From Octopus sinensis (Eukaryota): a DNA stretch of 64,000 bases. The stretch is from contig NC_043010.1 of NCBI RefSeq assembly GCF_006345805.1, positions 55,056,001 through 55,120,000 on the forward strand, in the 5' to 3' direction. The notes beneath the pieces were generated by a model. The model was not told the DNA's origin and did no database searches. It saw nothing but the letters and a program-made list of their open reading frames with translations. This document shows, piece by piece, positions 56,910-64,000 of the stretch. How positions within the stretch are numbered: position 1 is the stretch's first letter; each line of letters opens with the position of its first letter. The translations under genes were made by a program, and so were the position numbers.

Positions 56910-57557
56910 TAGGAAGAAGGGGTGATAATAGAGTGATCCCAAAATGAAGGTGCGCGTGCAGTTGTGTATAAGAGATCATGTATGCGCGTGGGAAGGAAGG
57001 CTGGTGAGCTTGACGTGTGCGTGTGTGTATGTGTAGGTGTGTGGAAGATGATGTGGGGCTGGGAAGTCGTCAGTGCTTGTGTGTGTGTGGTGTCGTGGTG
57101 TATGGTATGGTGGTGCGTAGTGTGGTGTGATGGTGTTGGGGAGGCATATGTGTATCGTGTGCGGGAGACGTATGCGTGTGCGTGTGAAGGCCCGTGACTG
57201 AATGACTTTGGCATTCGGCTCACTATCGTGTGGTTGTGAAGTCAATTCTCAGCGACGCGTTGTGTCCTTATTTCATGTTGCTGCTCTCATGCCAGCCGTT
57301 AGAAAAGTGTTTTCACTTGGTTTAGTATTGCTTTGACTCTTATTTTTTGGAACGCTGTTGCTTAATATCACCGTCCATCATTTTAGTGACGACTGTAATT
57401 AAATGTATGATGTATGTATGTGTGTAATATATATATATATTTTAAGTTTCTAGTTTGATAATAGAGTTTATTATAAGTAAAATTATTATATTATTTATAT
57501 CTTTAAAATATTGTTTAAATATTTCTGATTATATTTTATATTTTAGATATTTCAATT

Positions 57558-57623
57558 AACCTGAAGATTGACTGTAACCATAACTCGAATTATTACGAAT
57601 TGTACAGTCATGAAAGGATCGTA
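57558..57623 (+). ncRNA. Hammerhead-like motif with long helix II
   Basis: AAC-CTGAAGA-T-TGACTGTA...TACAGTCA-T-GAAA-GGA-TC-GTA; helices I and III weak. Confidence 0.45.
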
Positions 57624-58605
57624 GTATTTTACTCTTTATCTTTTATTAAACTTTTACTACTTTTGATATATATTTAAAATAATATAAATTAATAATTTTA
57701 TGTATTGGCTTATGTTTTTCATTGTTTGAACTGCTTAATAGTGGTTTTTATCTCTAATTTAATATAATATAATATAATATATTTGTACTATAAAATTGGA
57801 TTTAATCCTAAATCTGATTTTTCCCTGTAAGTTTGGATTTATTCCCTAATATTTTATTATATATATATATATATATATGTCACATACAGAACCTTCTCAA
57901 AGTCTTTAACCTTCTCAAAGTCAGTTCCTTACTGTCGCCCTGAAAGCATATGTTTCTATACTACGGCCCTAAAAGCAAGGATGTGGTTGTCACTGAACTG
58001 TATTTTTAATGTTCCCTAAAAAGTGAGATAATTCTCCACCAGCAAAATTCTACGTGGTCTGAAATAAGTAAATATTTGTAAAAGTGTATGTCAGAAAATT
58101 AATAGACATTTAATATCTTTTCTACAACTACAAGACAAATCGAAATTTATAGAAATAGTGAAAGGAGAAATTAATTTTTCTCTTTCTTTTGATGTATGTC
58201 AATGATCTTAAGTCGTCTTCAAAATTACGATTTCCATAAGCAATCTTCTCGTGAAGATTGCCTAATAATTTAATCAACACTTAATAAATACGAAAGGAAA
58301 ATTCAAGATGTGTTTATACGCCAAATCAAGCATCATAATTATTTAAAATATATGAAAATTGTGCAATGTTTATTGAGAAGTGTCTTTCTTTTATATTATT
58401 ATATTATAACATATTAAAGATAGATAAATATATGGCTTTACTTGATTATATTTTACGAGATGAAACATTAAAAATCTGAACATAATATAGGATCAAACAT
58501 CAAGGGTCTTTGTAGAAGTGCTATGAAATTTACGTAGATAATGAGGAAAATGATGAATACATATGTACATAATATATGTATGTATATATATATATATAAT
58601 ATATA

Positions 58606-58694
<89 letters not shown>

Positions 58695-59313
58695 CATATC
58701 TATATATATACATATATATGTACAAACGCACACGTGCAAATGTTACTTCCTTTCCATGACGTCTGTAGCTTAAACCTTCTATACTACGTTATCTTTTTTC
58801 ACACATGTCCTGTTTTTTCCTATTTTGTATTTACTTCGTAATATCCAATGCTTTTATTTTATCGATTTCTTTCATTTTCTCACAACCGTAACAAGCACTT
58901 TGCAGCAAAAGCAAACGCATCATTAGGGCAATAAACTTTAATAGAGGCTTTATTAAAATACGGATAAAGAAATTGCTTACTATGAAAGATACGATCAAGC
59001 AAATTCACGAGCTTTAGGATTCATTTTTGTATGGAATTGCACTGAAATTATTGCATTTATAAATAACGGATGGGTATATTTTTTACATATGGAAACAAAA
59101 CACGATAATGTGTAACGTAGCTCTATTCTGGCATTTAATAACTTCATCAAAGCAATCGATATTGTTCAAACTCACTTTTTTTATCATTATAAAAGAGCCG
59201 TTACATAAACAAGACTCACAGTTAGCATGGCCTTATAATACACCTTATTATTCATTCTACTTAACAACAGTAACACCTATCTATCTATCTATATCTATCT
59301 ATCTATCTATCTA

Positions 59314-59368
<55 letters not shown>

Positions 59369-59389
59369 ATATATATATATATATCTGTC

Positions 59390-59445
<56 letters not shown>

Positions 59446-60287
59446 ATCTATCTATCTATCTATCTGGCTATCTATCTATCTATCTATCTTTACTTTCCCT
59501 CTCCTTCTCTCTCTCTCTCTCTCTCTCTCAATATATCTTTATGTCTGTGTGTACGTACGTATGTATTACTGTGTCTCCTATCTCATCATCCTAAATTGAC
59601 GTTGATCCTAATATCCTCCATCTCAACAATCTATTGATTTTGGACTGATGAAAATCGCAAATCAGCTTGGCGTTATTGTACATTAAAACTTATTATTCGC
59701 TTACTAACATTCAACACAATGGTGATGCTACAAGAAAGAAAAATACCATCACATGTATAAGGCCTGAAGACACAATATAAAGAGCAGAAAGACAATTAAA
59801 TCTACAAAATACTGTCAATATAGCATTGTCTAAAATGCTTTTACGCAGTCATAAATTAATCACGATGCCCCCAAATATCTTTAGTAATTGGAGAGTATAA
59901 TAGCCATAACTAAATGGACCACCTGAAATAGGTTATGCGTAACAACGTATTGCAGAAAAAATTCCTTTTCATTCGTTACTTCAAAGTATTTATCATATCT
60001 TATTATTACCTTTAATTACCTTAGGCGTAAAGATATTTGATTGTTAACTAATTGACTCCTATATGCTAAAACAATGCCAACACGTTCACAAATTTGTAGA
60101 GATAATACGATGATTACGCACATAATTGGTGCGATGCTAAATAGATGAATAAATCACTGCCTGGAAGGAGTCGAACCCAAAATTTTTGCAGGCTAAAAAC
60201 GAAAATGTGTGTGTATGTGCGTGTGTATAAATGTAAACATATACTCTAACAGGGACCGCAATTGTCAGAAATATGCCAATCGAAAAT

Positions 60288-60338
60288 TCCCAATTCTGAC
60301 GTCAGTTTCGGCACTTTCTTTTGCCTCATAAGTTAGGA
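60288..60338 (-). ncRNA. Degenerate hammerhead motif with 10-nt palindromic helix III
   Basis: Minus strand: TCCTAA-CTTATGA-GGCA(aaagaaag)TGCC-GAAA-CTGACGTCAG-AA-TTGGGA; two core changes (G5U, U16.1A). Confidence 0.6.
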
Positions 60339-60407
60339 CTGGCTCGAACTTCAACTGTTTTCGGACTCTCTTCTCTATTAGTATATATATATATATATAT
60401 ATATATA

Positions 60408-60806
60408 TAACTTAGAATAACTTAGAAAGGTTTGGGCCAGTATTGGCCCAGGCCATGTCTAACTTAATAGCACCACCTGGCGAAGTCTTTCAATTAAGGA
60501 TTTGGGCACCGAGGCCCATTCGAGCAGAGAGTTATTGTTTGCGGAGACATATCCGGGTGTGGGTGGTTTGTCCGGGACTGTTTGAAGGAATTTGTCCAAA
60601 GACTTCTTGAATTTTGTGTGGTCAGTTTCTGTTTTGACGTGTCCTGGTGTAATGTTGAAGAGAGCGGGTCCAATTGAGGTGAAATAGTTGTGCCGTATTG
60701 TCGTTATGTGATGCGATTTGGATTTTTGTTGTGGACGGATGGCACGTGGTCCAAGCCTTGGATGTATTTTGAAGGTGATGCCAACATCATTCGGACAGTG
60801 CTGATA
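60408..60806 (-). mobile_element. 3' end of a CR1-group LINE
   Basis: C-terminal peptide RHNYFTSIGPALFN...FKKSLDKFLQTVPDKP; 3' stem-loop tgggcca-atac-tggccca and short tandem tail (ttctaagtta)2; TA repeats on both sides. Confidence 0.7.
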
Positions 60807-61167
60807 TATATATGTTTTCCTCATCCGAATTAATGGATGATTCAGCAAGTCGCTAATGTGCATAATTAAAATTAATATAAACAGTACTTTGCAATATTTC
60901 ACACAAAAAAAAAAAATTAATTGTCACTAAATGTGACTAAGGTTTTACAAAATTCTACATTACTCGAAATAAGAGTTAAAATGTTCTAATGCTGCAGTCA
61001 ATGCACATTAATGTAAACAACGTCAGTATAAGGAATTCGCGATCGGTATTTTTGGACGACTAACGTCTCTTTTAGTGTGTATGCTTATATTTATATGCAT
61101 TGACTACAGTATTAGAGCATTTTAGCTCTTATTTCTAGCAATGTAGATGTTTGTAACACCCTAATCT

Positions 61168-61198
<31 letters not shown>

Positions 61199-61291
61199 TA
61201 TATATATGAAAATATCAATAATATAGTGATTGTTTCTTATCAGGAACAAAATGTTTAATAGGACTGCTATAGAAGTTCTCAATTGAGACAA

Positions 61292-62110
61292 ATATATTAA
61301 ACTATGGTTGCAGAACAAACAAATACAAGCTCATCCACGTAACATTTCATATCTCGAACATTTAGTCACATAATGCTTTTTCTTTCACATAGAATATACA
61401 TGTATACTATCACGGAAGATGAAACATAACTCATCAGTACAAGCATATAAGAAAATGCGAGAGAAATACGTGAATACAGTTCATCACGGTTAAAAGTTAA
61501 TACTTTAGCGATTAAGAAATATATATTTTTTTTTAAACTCTACAAAACCTAGTATAATAAATACGTAAAACTATAAAGTAATATATAAATATATAGATGT
61601 ATAAAAATATATAAAAATACATATATATAGGAAGCATATAAATAAGTAATATATAATATATAAGGTACGATAATAGTTCATCGTTTAGAAGATATTTTTC
61701 ATTAAAAATTACTTTTCAGATAAAGGAAACATATAGTTAAAAGCCAGTGTCCAAGCAAAAAAGAAGAAACCATATTTACATTCCCTATGGCCATTTCAGG
61801 GGTACATTACTGTATTTAATGCACGATGGTGCATCACAATAATAACTCCTTCATCAGGGGAAAAAATAGAGAGACAGACATCACGTACCAGGGTGAGACC
61901 TCCTTAACCACACCTAACACAATATTGTGTGGTTTCTTATTTAAGAAGATGTGCTTAGACTTAGACCAGCCCAAATGAAAGAATTAAAGCAGTAAATTCT
62001 ATGTATATTCTATGTGAAAGAAAAAGCATTATGTGATTAAATGTTCGAGATATGAAATGTTACGTGGAAGACCTTGCATTTGTTTGTTCTGCAACCACAG
62101 TTTAATATAT
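61292..62110 (-). mobile_element. Non-coding hammerhead-containing element with ~110-bp inverted ends
   Basis: 61292-61401 is the reverse complement of 62001-62110 with few mismatches; canonical hammerhead inside. Confidence 0.8.
61781..61862 (-). ncRNA. Canonical minimal type-I hammerhead ribozyme
   Basis: Minus strand: TTCCC-CTGATGA-[AGGAG...GATGCAC catc GTGCATT...CCCCT long helix II]-GAAA-TGGCCA-TA-GGGAA. Perfect 5-bp helix I, intact core, palindromic helix III ATGGCCAT. Confidence 0.85.
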
Positions 62111-62370
62111 ATGAAAATATGAATATTATTAAAATATTATTATTATCCAGCAATAATTGAGCACCATACAGGTAGAATTATGAATATATAAAGCAGGAGT
62201 ATACGAAGTACGACAATTGCTAGAAATAGCAGCTGGTAATATTCCGCCGCCATGTAGAACTTCACCAAAACAAGTAAAAGATTAATATTATATATATATA
62301 TATATTATAATATATATATATATATACATATATATATTATACATATATATATATACATATATATATATAT

Positions 62371-62440
<70 letters not shown>

Positions 62441-63341
62441 CATGCATATTTGTGTGTGTGGGTGTGTTATTAGACGGTGATGTGGGAGAGATCTGGAGAG
62501 AAATGAAAACCGATATTTAGCTTATTCAATTCGAAAACCAGTTAGTAAATGTCCCGTACGCGATACTTATATCCACTATCAGTCAAGGAAATCAGATTTC
62601 TACAGAGGTCAAACTCATTGATTCTGACGTAATTCAACATATAGATAGAAATCATTTTAACTCATTGAGATTTCAATATTTGATTGTGTACAACAATTTT
62701 ATCTATAATGCCATCGCATATATAGCGCAGTGTTATAATCATTATTATTATTCATATCTAATTATTGCTTGATCAGATTATGTTTTCTGTAGATATTTAT
62801 ATAATAGTCTATTTCTTGCATTTATGCATCGTAAAGTATATGCTGCCATCGATGTATTCGTATGCTTGCATACGAGTGTGTACACCGGAATATATGCAGT
62901 TATATATATACACACATACACAAATGTTTCGGGATGGTGATTTTGGGGTTTTCGCAAACACCCACTGTATATTCATTCTTCACTCGGTTATTACTGTTCT
63001 AATTTTTACTCGTATCCGTTGGCCAGAAACCTTTCCTCAAACACCTGTGACTTCTTCAGTGCCACTCGCCTTCCACGTGTACGATTCTCGAGTGAACAAC
63101 GAATATACAGTGCGTTTGTTTACATATATATACATATATATATATATAAATATATATATACGCACACACATATACATATACATATATATACGCACACACA
63201 TATATATAAATATGCATGTATATATTATATATATATTATATATATATATACACACATATATATATATATATATAATATATATATATATACATACATATAT
63301 TTCTATACATATATATATATATGTATACACATATACGTATG

Positions 63342-63373
<32 letters not shown>

Positions 63374-63394
63374 ACAAATATATGTATGTATATA

Positions 63395-63431
<37 letters not shown>

Positions 63432-63446
63432 GTATACAAATATATG

Positions 63447-63489
<43 letters not shown>

Positions 63490-63491
<2 letters not shown>

Positions 63492-63935
63492 CGGGAAGCT
63501 TTATGAAAATAGACAAAAGACGAAGGCAGGTGGAAAACAAACAAACAATTGTATTAGTATGGCGCTCAGGAAATATAAATAAAACAAGTCTTTAACGTTT
63601 CGAGCCTACGCTCTTCAACAGAAAGATACACAGAGAGAAAAAAAAACACAGAAAGAAGGAGAGAAAAAAAATGCGTGCAGTAACTAACGAATCACATGGC
63701 GATCTGATTTCGGCCAGAGGTCAAAGATCAAACATGAGACGCGAGAGCGAAATAAGGGGAGATAATAGGGTTGATAATAGGGTTGAATGACCCTAGGATA
63801 GGTCTGGACAGGCGTATGTATGGGGTTGGTGTATGTATTAGCATGTATTAGTATGTATTAGTACGTATTAGTATGTATAAGTGTGTGTGTGTGTGTATGA
63901 GAGAGTATAAGTGCGTATGAGGGGTCTGGACTTCT
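63490..63935 (-). mobile_element. PLE-like 3' end fragment (related copies ~35833-36022 minus and ~50395-50545 plus)
   Basis: Shared gggaagctttatgaaaa...caggtgg...acaaaca..tgtattagt..cgctc.ggaa block abutting (TA)n, containing the hammerhead-like motif. Confidence 0.65.
63589..63626 (-). ncRNA. Hammerhead-like motif, A6U variant
   Basis: Minus strand: TCTTT-CTGTTGA-A-GAGC(GTAG)GCTC-GAAA-CG-TT-AAAGA. Confidence 0.65.
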
Positions 63936-64000
63936 AGTTATATATATATATATATAACTATATATAACTATATATATATATAAACACACAAACAACTAAG

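Overview
AT-rich, repeat-dense eukaryotic DNA with no host protein-coding gene I can support. Nearly all ORFs in the track are translations of microsatellites or SINEs. The SINE families resemble those I recall from octopus genomes (inference from memory, unverified). Recognisable content: (1) a 5'-truncated Penelope-like element (PLE; RT plus C-terminal GIY-YIG, Neptune-type Cys linker) at ~20.7-22.76 kb with one in-frame TGA; (2) dozens of tRNA-derived SINE copies in three families, including a 184-bp x6 ABABAB array; (3) two non-autonomous Helitrons, a CR1-group LINE 3' end, a decayed mariner transposase and a probable hAT MITE. The main hidden signal is about 16 minimal type-I hammerhead-ribozyme-like motifs from roughly nine sequence-unrelated short repeat families, mostly next to (TA)n tracts. 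They include a fully canonical copy, a family with a compensatory G3:C8 core swap, a U3:A8 variant and a family with A6U. Six of the short PLE-end-like insertions are head-to-head fold-backs with 3' ends pointing outward. All structures were read by eye; none were computed or tested.
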